Assembly (NCBI GenBank): GCA_030265395.1
Contig: JARFYF010000104.1
Coordinates: forward strand, 79,560,013-79,624,012
Direction of reading: 5' to 3'
Source of the DNA: Rhina ancylostomus
Lineage: Eukaryota
Length of the DNA: 64,000 nucleotides
Shown here: one piece after another, positions 1 through 12,860 of the stretch
How the letters are laid out: every line of letters begins with the position of its first letter
How positions within the stretch are numbered: position 1 is the first letter of the stretch
The notes under the pieces: model-generated
The model's database searches: none
The model's input: only the letters and a program-made list of their open reading frames with translations
What the model was told of the DNA's origin: nothing
Position numbers and translations under genes: made by a program

Positions 1-1933
1 AAGGTCAGGTTTATATAGTCTTCAATTACCATCATATCAGTAAGAACAAAGCAATGCTGGAGTTGCACTTTCACTAAGATCGGTGAGGTTGGGATCAAAG
101 CTCCTGACAATAACCTGAGTAATTGACAAATCAGAGTACTAAGCCATACTGTCAAAGTACAAATCTGAGCTATGGTATCCTAAATTAAAACTTCAATGAC
201 AGTTACAGGTCCAAGTACCTGAAAATCATCCTCCTTGCATCATAGTGACTAGGGTTAAGTGCGTTATAGTGACTAAAATCAATGGAACTGAATTTGAAAG
301 GAAGATAGATTGTGCAGTTGCTACTAAAAGCTCTGCTCCGTCTACCAACTAGGAATGAACTTTTATACACCTGGAAATAATCCTTCCCTCTTAATAAGAC
401 ATGCAGACCAACTTTTGGGACCTCATTTATTATTATGCTTATAGTGCCATTCCTCATCTTCAGGCACTTAATGGAAGAGACTGGAAATGGCTTTGAAGGA
501 TGAGTTTAAGTTGCTTTCGGTTGAGGAGGAGAACTTTGGACTAATTCTTCTTAGTGCAAGGGGTTAAGAGTCTTAACAGCAATCAGAATGACAATGGTAG
601 GTACACAAATGCTGCCATCTTACAGGACAGCAGATTAGTGCCTGATGGAGTCACTTGCTGTCACTGTCCTGGGATAGTGTCTCATCAAATCCAGCCACTA
701 TTTTGGAGGTCAGATTGTTGGAATGCGGCATCACTCAGTAAGTCTCTTTGTTTTCTACCTTAAAACAATGAGACCAACAGTTTTGCGATAGCAGCAATAT
801 GAGCATGCAACATAGCAAACCCTGAAACACACACTGCTGAATACTGCAGGGCTCCTTCAGAGATTCAAATTTCCACTGTAGCACCCAGATGCTGGATGGC
901 TTCTGTTTGTGTTCCAGCAGAAACTGAGACTTTAGTCAGCAGAGGGTATATTATGGTGTGCTCATGCAATTCCCCCAACTAAGATGCTTTCAGGTTAAGA
1001 TTGGCTTTAACTGGCACCTGCCACAGACACAATGGAGTCCTAGTGATAATATGCCCATNNNNNNNNNNAGTGCTGGTTACATCCCATTATAATAAGGTGG
1101 TAGCACATGTCATGAACTGTCTGTACTGAAAGAACAGGTGTAAATTAATTGTTCTTTGCTATTCTTGCATCCATTTAGAGAATTATCCACTTTGGCACCC
1201 ATAATATTTTTACAATAGCTTTTAAGGATGAAGTGGTTTAACAAATCCATACTTTGTGCAGTCTTAATTTTAAAGAATGCTTGGTAGGGAGCAATACTTT
1301 CCATTTAGAAAACAGTTTTTCTTCNNNNNNNNNNNNNNNNNNNNNNNNNNNNNNNNNNNNNNNNNNNNNNNNNNNNNNNNNNNNNNNNNNNNNNNNNNNN
1401 NNNNNNNNNNNNNNNNNNNNNNNNNNNNNNNNNNNNNNNNNNNNNNNNNNNNNNNNNNNNNNNNNNNNNNNNNNNNNNNNNNNNNNNNNNNNNNNNNNNN
1501 NNNNNNNNNNNNNNNNNNNNNNNNNNNNNNNNNNNNNNNNNNNNNNNNNNNNNNNNNNNNNNNNNNNNNNNNNNNNNNNNNNNNNNNNNNNNNNNNNNNN
1601 NNNNNNNNNNNNNNNNNNNNNNNNNNNNNNNNNNNNNNNNNNNNNNNNNNNNNNNNNNNNNNNNNNNNNNNNNNNNNNNNNNNNNNNNNNNNNNNNNNNN
1701 NNNNNNNNNNNNNNNNNNNNNNNNNNNNNNNNNNNNNNNNNNNNNNNNNNNNNNNNNNNNNNNNNNNNNNNNNNNNNNNNNNNNNNNNNNNNNNNNNNNN
1801 NNNNNNNNNNGATGGGAAATAATACTTTAATAAACAGAATGGAAGATATTATTATCAATGAAGGAAAACAATAATGGGTAAAAATTCAAAATTATTTCTT
1901 CAGAAATAAAAAGATGTTAGGTGTACTAACTAC

Positions 1934-3100
1934 AAGACCATAAGATCTAGGGGCAGGTTTAGGTCATTTGGCCCATTGAATCTGCTCTACCATTCAATCA
2001 TAGCTGATTTTTCTTTCAACCCCATTCTCCCACCTTTTCCCTGTAAACCTTCACCCACTTACCAATCAAGAACCAATGATTCTCTGCCTTAAATACACCC
2101 AATGACTTGGCCTCCATAGTCCTCTGTGGCAACAAATGCCACTGATCCACCATTCTCTGGCTGAAGAAATTCCTCCCCATTTCAGTTTTAAAAGGATATC
2201 CTTTAATTCTGCAGTTGTGCCCTTGAATCTTAGACTCTCGTACTATAATGGAAACATCCTCTCCACGTCCACTCAGTATCTGATAGGTTTCAGTGAGAAT
2301 CCCCCCCTCATCCTTCCAAACTCCACTGAGTACAGGCCCACAGACATCAAATGCTCCTCATACCTCAAACCTTTCATTCCTGGGACCTTGTGAACCTCCT
2401 CTAGACCTTCCCCAGGGTCAGCACATCTTTCCTTAGATACTGGACACAAAATTGCTCACAATATTTCAAATGCAGTCTGGCCAATGCCTTATAAAGCCTT
2501 GCTTCCATGTTCTAGTCCTCTCAAAATGAATGGCAACATTGCATTTGCCTTCTTTACTACCGAATCAAGTTAACCTTAAGGGAATCCTGAACTGGGACTC
2601 CCAAGTCCCTTTGCACCTCCAATTTCTGAACTGTCTCCCCATTGAGAAAATAGTTTACACCTTTATTCTTCCTACCTAAGTGCACAACCCCACACTTCCC
2701 TACACTGTATTCCATCTGGCACTCCTTTGCCCATTCTGCCAGCCTGTCCAACCAGGCTCCCTGCCTCTGTGACACGACCTGTCGCTTCACCTATCTTGGT
2801 ATCGTCTGCAAACCTGGCCACAATGTCATCAGAATCATGAACGCATAAAGTGAAAAGTTGCAGTCTGAACACTGACCCCTGCGGAACTCCACTAGTCACT
2901 GGCAGCCATCCTGAGAAGGACTCTTGGATCCCCACTGTCTGACTTCTGCCAGTCAGCCAATCTTCTATCCATGCTGGTTGCCCCTTGTTTAACAGCCTTA
3001 TGTGCAGCACCTTGTCAAATGCCTTCTGAAAATCCAAGTACGTAACATTCACTGACTCTCTTTTGTCTAACCTGCTTGTTACCTCCTCAAAGAATTCTAA
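1934..3100 (-). mobile_element. CR1-type LINE, 3' part with degenerate RT
   Basis: ORFs 2672-3052 and 2557-2790 show YLDFQKAFDKV, SGVPQGSV, FADDTK and QRDLGV motifs. Typical CR1 3' tail near 1934-2030. Confidence 0.9.
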
Positions 3101-4073
3101 CAGAACAAAGAATTCTCATGAATTCTTTATTTCATTAGGGATTAATGACTGGAGTTATATTTTTTACTGAATTGTATTAGTAAGAATACGGCCATGAGCA
3201 AGTGCAAGATATGAAGCCAACAGTTTACAATAATAAGCCTATTAAGCTTCATTGAGAAATGCCATCTTTGCTAAGAGCTGATATGATAACTATTTACAAT
3301 ACTGACAATAGCAGTTGGAAGTTAAGCTGAATTTAGTAATTAAATGGGCAATAAATTAATGATGGGTCATTATAATCACTCTGTTGAGTAGATAATTAGT
3401 TAATGATTGAGGCATGCAAGAGAAATACACGTGATAATGATCAATGTTACTGGCAAACAGCCGGCACAAGGCACAATTGGGGTGAGAGGGTTTTTTTCTA
3501 AAACTGCTGTAATAGAAAAATATAAAGACTGTGTGGGAGGTCCAGATCCATATCAGGTTCAGCCTGATATGAATGCAACCTATGATCTAAAACCTCAATC
3601 TGCTGCAGATTGAAAGGCTCAAGGCTATTGGGCTAAATCCTAGTGGGACGTAGTATGGGGGAGGGATGAGGAAACAGCATTTGTCCAGTGGTGAGTCAGC
3701 ATTTTTATGGAGGTAATATGAGTCATGGGCTTCAAAGATGGATGATTAGACCGCTCACAATTACAAATGGGAAGAGCATGTGCCATGTACAATTTACCGA
3801 TATGCATGTCAAAACTTAACCTATGGTCAAAAGTAGCTGCTTCACAATTCACGTATTTTCTGCTGCATGAATGTCGAACAACAGCTCAGGTTATTCCCAT
3901 CCCTTGACTTTTCTCTACCAATTGGTCATCTAAACTACAAGTGGGGAGTTGCTCCTGAAAATGGCCCCAGCTGACCAAGTCTTTATAACTGCGCTGGAAT
4001 AATAGTTGGAAGCATGTAACATCAAATAAAAAAAGGTAAAGGTTTCTGGAGAGACCTTACTTGTATTTAGCCA

Positions 4074-4103
4074 TGCAGTATCACTAGTTGCAGTATCACT
4101 AGT
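4074..4103. repeat. 15-bp tandem duplication
   Basis: tgcagtatcactagt x2. Confidence 0.85.
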
Positions 4104-5507
4104 TACAGCACCACAATGACATTTTCTTTGCAATCTCTATCTGTGACTAAGTTTTTATACAGTACTTCAAAAATAACATGCATTTTCATAAAATTATTAA
4201 AACACCAGATTAGTACTATGTCCTTCAATATGGAAGATAATATTAATAAGATGAATCACTTAGAGATCAATGAGATAGATGTTCGTAAGAGGCTAAGAGA
4301 ACTCATAACCAATGATGGAACCAACGATGGCGGATGGCGCTACTTAATTTTAGGTGCTAGAAGTACAGAGGGATATAATCACACTGACAAAATGTAACAA
4401 AACTGGAAACATGCTGAAATGACATTCCTTTCAGAAAAGGTAACGATTAAACCAGCAGTCTCCAGACCAATCTATGTTGCATTAGCAATTTGCAAATAGT
4501 GAATCAGAAGTACACGAGATTCACCCCCTGAAAATATTTACTGAAATTGAGATTTATGGGAAATTAACCTGTATTAATTTTCAAAACAAGAGTATGATGG
4601 ACAGATTTAAGAATGGTTTCAATTGCTACAAACTATCAGGAAACACACCTTTTTTTTGTGATAAGGACTATATTTCCAGGAATGAATGCCTTGAATGGCT
4701 TACTTTCAGCAGTAACATCAGCTTAGAGGATTTGTAAATAAAATTGGGAGAAGAACTGAAGTAAAAGGTTTGACTTAAGTTAAACAAAAAAATTACACAA
4801 GGATTTCCATAAATAAGATTTTGCCTTAGTGCACCACCACTAGTAAGATTTGTGATCTTACAATCAATAATGAAAAAATTAAGTTGGTTAGCTTTCCAGT
4901 CAAAACGACAAAGTTGCAGATCAGGAAATTTCATTAGGGTTTCTTCCCCAAATTCAAAGTTAGCCACAGAGAAAGGTCTGATTTATGTAAAGCAATCAAT
5001 TACAAAAAAGGGGAGAATTAATGTTGCTCCCCAGAAAAATGGGGGAATTCGTGTTGATCAACAGGTAAAATTTAAATTTCCTAAAGGAATGCAATTGTGG
5101 TAATGTCCTTATGCCTGGTAGAATGACTATAACTCTTTGTTAGTAGATCGATGTTATGTTACGAGCCAGGTTAAGGAAATGGAATTTGTTTCTTCCTCCT
5201 CAGGCAGTGGTAAAAAATGTTTCAGGAACAGGACTCTATGAAAATGCTAAATCAAACTTGCATTATTTCACTTCTCAGAGCTTTATGAGGCCAGGAATTT
5301 CTTCAGAACTTCATAGCTCCTTTGGAATATTCTAGGCCAGGTATCCTTGCTCAGCAGCATGGTGGAGCAGGAGAATATCAAAATAATGCTTCTAACCAAT
5401 CTTAATCTAGTGGGTTGAGGCTTGACTTCAGTTTCATTTTCTCACAACGTTACAAGGTTAACAGCTGAAACAGTAAAGAGCAGTTAACAGATGACAGGCT
5501 TGATTAC

Positions 5508-5572
5508 CGGTGGCTGTGGGCAAGATGAATGGATCCCTCAGGAAAAGCAGCACTGGCTGGTGGGATAGTTTG
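5508..5572 (-). CDS. SNX24: SNX24 internal coding exon (exon 6 equivalent)
   Basis: gacctttccag|C AAA CTA TCC CAC CAG CCA GTG CTG CTT TTC CTG AGG GAT CCA TTC ATC TTG CCC ACA GCC ACC G|gtaatc. 65 nt, phase 2/1, KLSHQPVLLFLRDPFILPTAT; human has KLSHQPVLLFLRDPYVLPAAS. Confidence 0.93.
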
Positions 5573-7062
5573 CTGGAAAGGTCAAGGACAAGAATATCAG
5601 TATCCTGAAACTGCAAACATCAAGTAGTGTACAACATATACCAAATTGTTTTCAAACCACAATATAATGAACTGTGAAAGAATAAAGAGCAGTCAGGAAC
5701 AGATCATTACATTTCACTATGGTCTCTAAAAGTGTAATTTGGTGAACATGTTCATCTTATAGTTTGAAGTGTAAGTAACATTATTCTGCCATATCACGAC
5801 GAACATTGTCATTGTTTGTATAGGAATTAACAAACATTGAATCAAGTGGCTTTTTAACATTAATTTAACAATCAACATGTTTCTTAAATAAATAACATCT
5901 GCAAAATATTATCCATGAGCATTCAATTAGACCAAGCTGAGAAATTCATCTCTGGTTACCAGTGCTAAAGGCATGCCAGAATTTTGTCAACTGATTGTAA
6001 TCATCTTTGAATAATTAACTCCATAGAATGGATGAGGTCAGTACAAATGGCGGCGGATTTTCTTGCACTCATTTACCATTCAAGCCAGAGCCAACCCCCA
6101 TTCATCACCATCCACCCTTTCCTACCCCTGTTTCTCCGACTCTGACTGATATTTATTGACACTTCATCTTGGAACCTGATAAGATGACTGGATGTCACTA
6201 ACCGATTCTAACTGAAAGAGGAATTTGTCATTAGAACAATTCTCAAGTTTATAATGAGAATAAAATATATGTATTTTTTCAATAGATTTGTGCATGTCAA
6301 AAATTACAGGCTTGCAGAGTGTTTTTCAAAAAGGTACCTCTAATATATATGAAATAGTATGCAAGGTGAATCCAGAATATTACCTCAAAGTAAATATAGG
6401 CAATGGGATCAAAGAGCACATATGAAGAGTAAACCTTAAAAAAAAATGGCAAAATGTCTCCAATAAGGGGAGGTAAATACCGATACAATTTAATGCACTG
6501 GAATACTCAAAATGTGATTGGAGATTACTAGTGCTCGATGAATGGATTTCAGTGGACCAGATGACCTTTTCTTATCCTTGTCGATTTTAAGTTCTTTTAA
6601 CAGCAATCCAAGTCAGAGCAGAGGCGTGGACAATAGTTGTATAAATGTGGTTTACATTTCTTTGAACCGCAATCTAATAGAGATGCTTTAAATGATAAAG
6701 GCATTCATTGGGAAACAACTTAGACTGCTGGTGAATCCAGAATAAGGACCATGTTATAACTCTCCACTTAAATCCATTGCCCCATTTAATAGGATCTGAA
6801 ATGAGGAGAGATATCTGGCTAGTGAAAATATTACTTTGATCAGATCCAAGAGAATGAAATACCAAAGATGCCAGATTGCCAAATCTCCAGTAATAACTCA
6901 GAGGTAATTAACCATTGTGGATCAAAAGAATCTGATGTTAATTACAGGATCTGTTGATCTAGTGGTCAGCAATGTGTCATTACCTTGCCACTGACCGTAA
7001 ATTCTAAACGATTCTCTCTTTTAGACAGATTGTATCTCTATACATTTAGACAGGGGACCTAC

Positions 7063-7095
7063 CTGAATTCTTCAGATTCATAGTCTTCAATGGAG
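7063..7095 (-). CDS. SNX24: SNX24 33-nt micro-exon (exon 5 equivalent)
   Basis: ttttattttag|C TCC ATT GAA GAC TAT GAA TCT GAA GAA TTC AG|gtaggt. Phase 2/2, (G)SIEDYESEEF(S); corresponds to human SFDETESEESS. Too short for the ORF track. Confidence 0.9.
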
Positions 7096-8404
7096 CTAAA
7101 ATAAAAATTATTTTGACACATTAGTATCTTACATTTTATTTGTCCAGTATTTATTTTATAGAGATATAACAAATTATGATTTGTCAGTTATTCAACTTTT
7201 TGTCCGACAAATGCTTTCATTTCACATCTTCAAGGCAGAACACCTTCCTATTGATCACATGTAAATAATTACTGAATTTCATAGAAATGTAAGGGATTAC
7301 AATATCGGGGAGCTGTCAAAGTCCCAGCTGCCTGAGAAAGAGCTATGGCAACAGATCCCACCTTACAGCTCTCAGACCACATTCTCATACATTATGGGAT
7401 TTCAATTATGCATGAAAGTTCCTGCCAATGCACTGAAGGTTTCTGCCTCAACCACCCTTTCATGCAATGAGCACCAATCCTAAACATTCCCTTGGGTGAC
7501 AAATATTTTTCCTAACTCGGCTCTAATCCTTCAGACTCCTATATAGATGGTCCATTCCCTTCACTCACTGTTGGTGGCTGGACTTCCCGCCAACTGCACC
7601 ATGTAGAATTTTAAACTGGCAGTGTTGGGGATTTGGGAGCAAGGTCGGGTGTGAGGGGTGGGTGGGAATTTGTGCAGGATATAGGTAACCCAAACTTCAC
7701 AGAACTTCAGTGAAGGGACAGTAGTGTTTGAAAAGCTGAATCTGGAGACATGGACCAGACGGGTGGTGGTAGTCAACACATTTTTTTAAGGGGAAATTAT
7801 CTAAAGTAAAAGGTGGCATAAAACTAAGAGGGAATCATGTGGCAATGGGATTAGTTTTTTTATTTCCCTAGCAAAGAGCTTGCACAGGGAGACCACTTTA
7901 TCCAATTTAATTTTTTTACTGTTGCCCAGTTCATGTTGGGTGATATTATATTGTTTTATGGGACGCAATGCAGGTTGTTGTGGCTGTCAATTTAGGCATA
8001 TCCATGAACACATCTAGTGGACTTTGTTAACTGGTCTAGCAAAAGCTAAATGCATGAATTGTTTAATTCCCAGTACCTAAAACTCAAGAGATTTCAAACT
8101 TGTTTCTTGGAAATCTAGGGCATAAAAGTTGGTACTATAGCACTTATTGTTTAGGTGAGCAGGTGCCAAGTTATTTCCAAGGACAGAGAATAAAGAGGTA
8201 TGCTCTCAGGAGAAAACCAGTCCACCCAGGGTGTTTACTGAGGAATTCTCCCACCTGAACCTCAGCAACAAATGATGTGCGAGTCACTGGCTTCAATAAG
8301 CAAGTCCCCAATGAAATATGCCAGCCAGCTGAAACTTCAATGCAGGGCATTAACACCAATGTGCTTTTATGCATTGGGCTTCTTCTGGGTTGGAGCTAGC
8401 CATC

Positions 8405-8735
8405 CACTGTTACATAAGAGAGGACATCAATGTGGTTGACTCTTAACTGCCCTCTGAAATGGCCTAGCGAGCCATTCAGTTGTAATAAACCATTAGAAAG
8501 TCCAAGGAAATAAAACCAGACAGATCACCTGGAATTGACCTTGGCACTGGAATGACAATGGCAAAAACTGCCCTTCTTCCCAACATCTGTAACTTCCTAC
8601 TTAACAGCATTATGGAATGCTCAAAGACTGCAGTGGTTTAAGAAAACAGCTCACCACCTTCTCACAGGCAGTTAGGGATGAGTGATTAAATGTTGGCTTA
8701 GCCTGCGAAGCCCACATCCTTTTAATGAATAAAAG
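8405..8735 (+). mobile_element. SINE/LINE fragment ending in a common chondrichthyan 3' tail
   Basis: Tail 'cagctcaccaccttctc...agggatg...aaatgttggc..gcccacatcc...gaataaaa' recurs at ~15100-15250, in reverse at ~12375-12520, and degenerately at ~51550-51630. Confidence 0.6.
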
Positions 8736-8919
8736 AAAAAGTGCTGTGGTAGAATCTATGGGGAGATTAAAATGAGATGAATGTAGGATTAGTGCAAGTG
8801 GGTGCTCGATGGTCAGCATAAACTCAGTGGGCCAAAGCGCATTTCCATACTTTATGACTTTCTGACCACATGAGCATATTGCTGTCAAAAACATTTTTAA
8901 CTGCTTTTTAAACATTCTC

Positions 8920-9115
8920 TCCATGCGTCCACGTGGATTTCCTCTGGGTGCTCCGGTTTCCCCCCAACATTTCAAAAACATACAAGTTGGGAGTTGTGGG
9001 CATGTTATGTTGATGCCGGAAGAGAGGTGACACTTGCAGGCTGCCCCCAGCTCATTCTCAGTAACGCAAAATGACGCACTGTGTGTTTCGATGTACATGT
9101 GACTAATAAATATCT
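8920..9115 (+). mobile_element. V-SINE (HE1-like), partial
   Basis: V-domain core 'ggatttcctctgggtgctccggtttccccca'. Tail 'gtacatgtgactaataaa' is shared with the copy at 27740. Confidence 0.8.
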
Positions 9116-9483
9116 TATAATATTTCTAATAACAGTGTTAAAATTGATTTAAATTAAAACATTAAAAACATATATTTGAAACATATTTAAGTGACAGAAA
9201 CTCAATAGGGACATTATGATTCAATAAATTAAAACAAAACACTAATCCAGTTTGATGACCTCATTTAAATAAAGCCATAGACCTGAGGAACCAGGTGCAA
9301 AGTGTTTCCATCTCCTCAGCTCAGCATGACTGAGTTTCTGCTCCTTGAGTTGAGCAGTGAAGTGGGAAGTTGGATGTGCTGACATGTCTTCGGCACATTA
9401 CTAACTCTTGCACTGCAATTAAATACAGAACATTTTGCCTCTGCTGTTAGAGATGGCTATTTTAAAGTAAGTCTGCAACTTAC

Positions 9484-9578
9484 CCACAACTTTCAATTTT
9501 TGGCAGAGAAGGAAGATGACGAATATTAAGAAAGTCCAAGAATATCTTCGGCAGTTCCTCATTTTCAATCAGAATTGT
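9484..9578 (-). CDS. SNX24: SNX24 internal coding exon (exon 4 equivalent), PX domain C-terminal end
   Basis: gtcttttcacag|ACA ATT CTG...AGT TGT GG|gtaagt. 95 nt, phase 0/2, TILIENEELPKIFLDFLNIRHLPSLPKIESC(G); matches recalled human AVILENEELPKLFLDFLNVRHLPSLPKAESCG. Confidence 0.95.
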
Positions 9579-10309
9579 CTGTGAAAAGACATACAAATTA
9601 ACAACAGTGCATTCAAAACATACTGAAGTAGAATTTTTATGTCTGCACATGAAAACATTGCTATTGGTATTGGGTGGTACTGGTATTGGTTTATTATTGT
9701 TACATTTACTGAGATACAGTACAAAGCTTTTGTTTGCATGCCATTCTACGCCAATGAGCCAGCCAAACAGTGGAAAAAGAAATGCATTTAGTTTAGAACA
9801 AAATAACTGATCTATAAGGTTTATAACATTACTTCTTGAGACATGGGCTTCATTAGCAAGGCAAGCATTATGGATTATCCCTGGCAGGTCATCATGTGAG
9901 CTGCAGCACCCTGGAAACATTGGGGGAACAATGGATCAACATTCTTGTGCTTCCTGAGAGAGACCAGCTGACATTACCACACCTGTACTTGGATGGGAAG
10001 CCACCAGGGAATACTGGATGCAGTGAGTTGCTGCCTGGGGAAACAAATGATCAAACCAACGGTCTGAATTCAATAATTAGTTGCAGTATCTATGCTTAAC
10101 AAAAGTTATGAATCAAGTGAGAATGGAGTTGTATATTGGGTTTAATCTGCTGGTGCATCTTCTTTTCCAAAGACATTAGCAAAACTCAGCTGGTTCACTA
10201 AGAGATCAATTACTGCATCTTCCTTATGAGTTTGTGCATTTCCTATTGTAATAAGACAAGGATTCACAAATGAGCATGGAGTTTATATAATAAACTGATT
10301 ATGGACAAA

Positions 10310-10640
10310 TAAGAGAGAGTTCATTCCTACCTCTCTCCTGAATGGCAAACCCCTTAGCTTGAGACTATAATTACAGGTTCTACATAACCTAGCCAAAGGA
10401 AACATTATCATCGTATCTACCTTAACAAGCCCTGTAATGATCTTGAATGCTTCAATGAAAGCAACTCTCATTCTTCTAAACTCCAGAGTATAATTTAGTT
10501 TGCATAATCTCTCCTCATACAACAAACCCTTCATCCCAGGAATCCAGTGAACTATTGCAGATTCCTACTGTTGCAAGTACACCCTTCCTTAGGTAGGCAG
10601 ATCAGATCAGTACAGAATGTTCCAGGTGTGGTTTCACCTA
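10310..10640 (-). mobile_element. CR1-type LINE 3' fragment
   Basis: ORF 10283-10534 (MKGLLYEERL...LEFRRMR...FKIITGL) is the CR1 ORF2 C-terminus. Confidence 0.8.
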
Positions 10641-10909
10641 TACATTGAGGCAATTCATAAATCTGTTTTGTTAGTGTGCTTCATTGATCTACATCATGCT
10701 GGACATTTCACGTACATCACAAATTACAGTGCTATGACAGATATAAAAATTACTGCAGGTCATAAGCACATTCAAGCACAGGAACAACAAGGTGTTGGCT
10801 AGCATGGATCAAATACTAAACACAGATTACCAAGCATAATTGTGTTTATTACGCAGAGGAGACAGAAGGTAATGGAGAAAAAGATTGTTGGATTGCATCA
10901 GGGACACAA

Positions 10910-11160
10910 TACAGGCAGTCCCCGGGTTAAGCAGCGTCCTGTTCCTGAAAACTGTCCGTAAGACGATTTCTCCATAAGGCAGAAATGTTGTGTTTTCTAT
11001 AGCTACTGATATCGTATCACTTGCTGCAGTTCATTTCATTGAATAATCAGCCTAACACTACCCATAATTAAACTAATGGAATATATATGGTATCCAGACA
11101 TTAATTAAACATATTATTATTGCTAGCTTTAAAATGCATGGGAGCATTTGTGTAAAGTCC
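10910..11160 (+). mobile_element. Tc1/mariner Tigger-like element, left end
   Basis: TA followed by CAGGCAGTCCCCGGGTTA resembles a Tigger terminal repeat. The matching right TIR was not seen and may lie in the gap from 11161. Confidence 0.4.
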
Positions 11161-12374
11161 NNNNNNNNNNNNNNNNNNNNNNNNNNNNNNNNNNNNNNNG
11201 TAAGCACCCATACTCCAAAGTAACAGAGATGGCAGTCCTAGTACTTTCAAATGTGGCAGAGCAGAAATCACGAGTTCTGCTGTAAACTTGCTGGGGAAAT
11301 CACTGAAAGAGTAATTCCAGTAAGTACTAGCATTGGTTTCAGTACATCCCTGGCATCTGCATGGGATTGGGGGGGTGGGGTGATGAGGGGTAGGATCACA
11401 CAGGCAGAGAGAAGTGAAAACAGTGACTTGAAACCAGTTGAAAGGCAACTGAAAACCCTTTGTGAGGTTCGATTAAAATTGCAGCTTCTGCAGTGTTTGT
11501 AGATCTTTCACGCTATAAAGTGTGGCTCTGGACCCCAACAATTTGCTGGATTCAGTACAAACTAACTGTGAATAGTGGAAAATTTCACGGGGAAAGCCGC
11601 CCTGCTACCCCTGCCTTTTTGTGACATAAAAAAGGCTTGCATGGGGCAAAAACAAGTATCTACATGTTTCAGACTCCAGTGGAAATCATCCTCAGCAATA
11701 ACTTCACTGGACAGGCGGGGACATAAGGGAGGAGAGAAGGAAGCCTAACGTATTCCAGCACTGACCTCCTCTGTAAATGACTGCATCTAGAAGAAAATCA
11801 CTTCATTTGATTGCTGTACAGTATGAAGTCTATTTGGGGGGTGGGGTCTTTCCCCCAAATACTCAATGTCTACCATTTTTCAAAAAAAAGGAGTAAACGG
11901 ATATATTAAAAATATATTTTGACAGCACTTTTCAGGTGATAAATAAACCTTTGCCTCAAATGGCAGAAGTGACTCAACCTTCAGCTGAGGCACTAAAACA
12001 TATTGAGGATTTTGTTACTGCCATGCTCTAATTATATTCAGAACTTGTGGTTTATGTGAATTCCATTTTCCAGGTATTAAAACTTGTTCTGAATACTTAT
12101 CAAAGTTTTTGCTTGACATCTTTATTCACAGTATAAGAAAGATAAACAATNNNATTTAGTTGCACTCACAAACATGATAGCAAACCTGCACGATTTATCA
12201 GAATTCCATCTGGTACCATGCACAATGGAAACAGATTGAAAACGTAATTATAGTTTGGTTAAAGCTTCAGTCATTTCAACAGATGCTGCATTTAATTAGA
12301 CAACAAATATCTAAATTCCTCAACAGTCAAAGATTTATTTTATTCCATCAGTTAACTGCAGGTTTGAGTGTTGT

Positions 12375-12860
12375 GCATTTTTTATTAGGGATGTGGATGT
12401 TTCTGGCAAGCTGGCATGAAATGCCCAAACAACTACCCTTGAGAAAATGGTGGTGAGCCACTACAGTCTTTATGGTGCTGCTGGGTAGGGAATTCCAGGA
12501 TCTCAAACCTGTGATAATGAAGGACAAGGTGATGTGCCACCGAGAGGTGAAACTGCAGGTGCTGGTGTAACAACACACGTTGCCTTTGATTTTCTAAGTG
12601 ATAGAGTTTGAGAGTCTAGAAGGTTGAGAAAGCATTCTATCGTACTCCTGACTCGTGCTTTGCAATGTTGCTGTTATGAGGCGAGACATTTGCTAAAGGG
12701 TACACAGCCTCTGATAAAATCTTGTAGCCACACTATTTATGTGGTAGGTTCAGTTGAATTCTTGGTCGATGGTGATGCCCAGGATGTTGACGGTGGGGGC
12801 CTGAGAAACAATAATTCTGTTGTCTCTCTCACTTCATGAGCTGGTTGCTGCCTGGAACTT
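12375..12860 (-). mobile_element. LINE 3' fragment (same tail family as 8405-8735)
   Basis: Reverse complement of the shared tail plus upstream 'TGLRSWNSLPS'-like coding remnant. Confidence 0.65.

Noticed and set aside
1238-1874. Long ORFs in the track spanning N runs (also 27471-27942, 38383-38641, 46346-46621)
   Set aside because: Artefacts of assembly gaps translated as X.
9579-9920. N-terminal extension of the 146-aa ORF containing SNX24 exon 4
   Set aside because: Intronic read-through upstream of the acceptor at 9579-9580; it includes a repeat-derived 'tattggtattgg...ttattattgttacat' tail.
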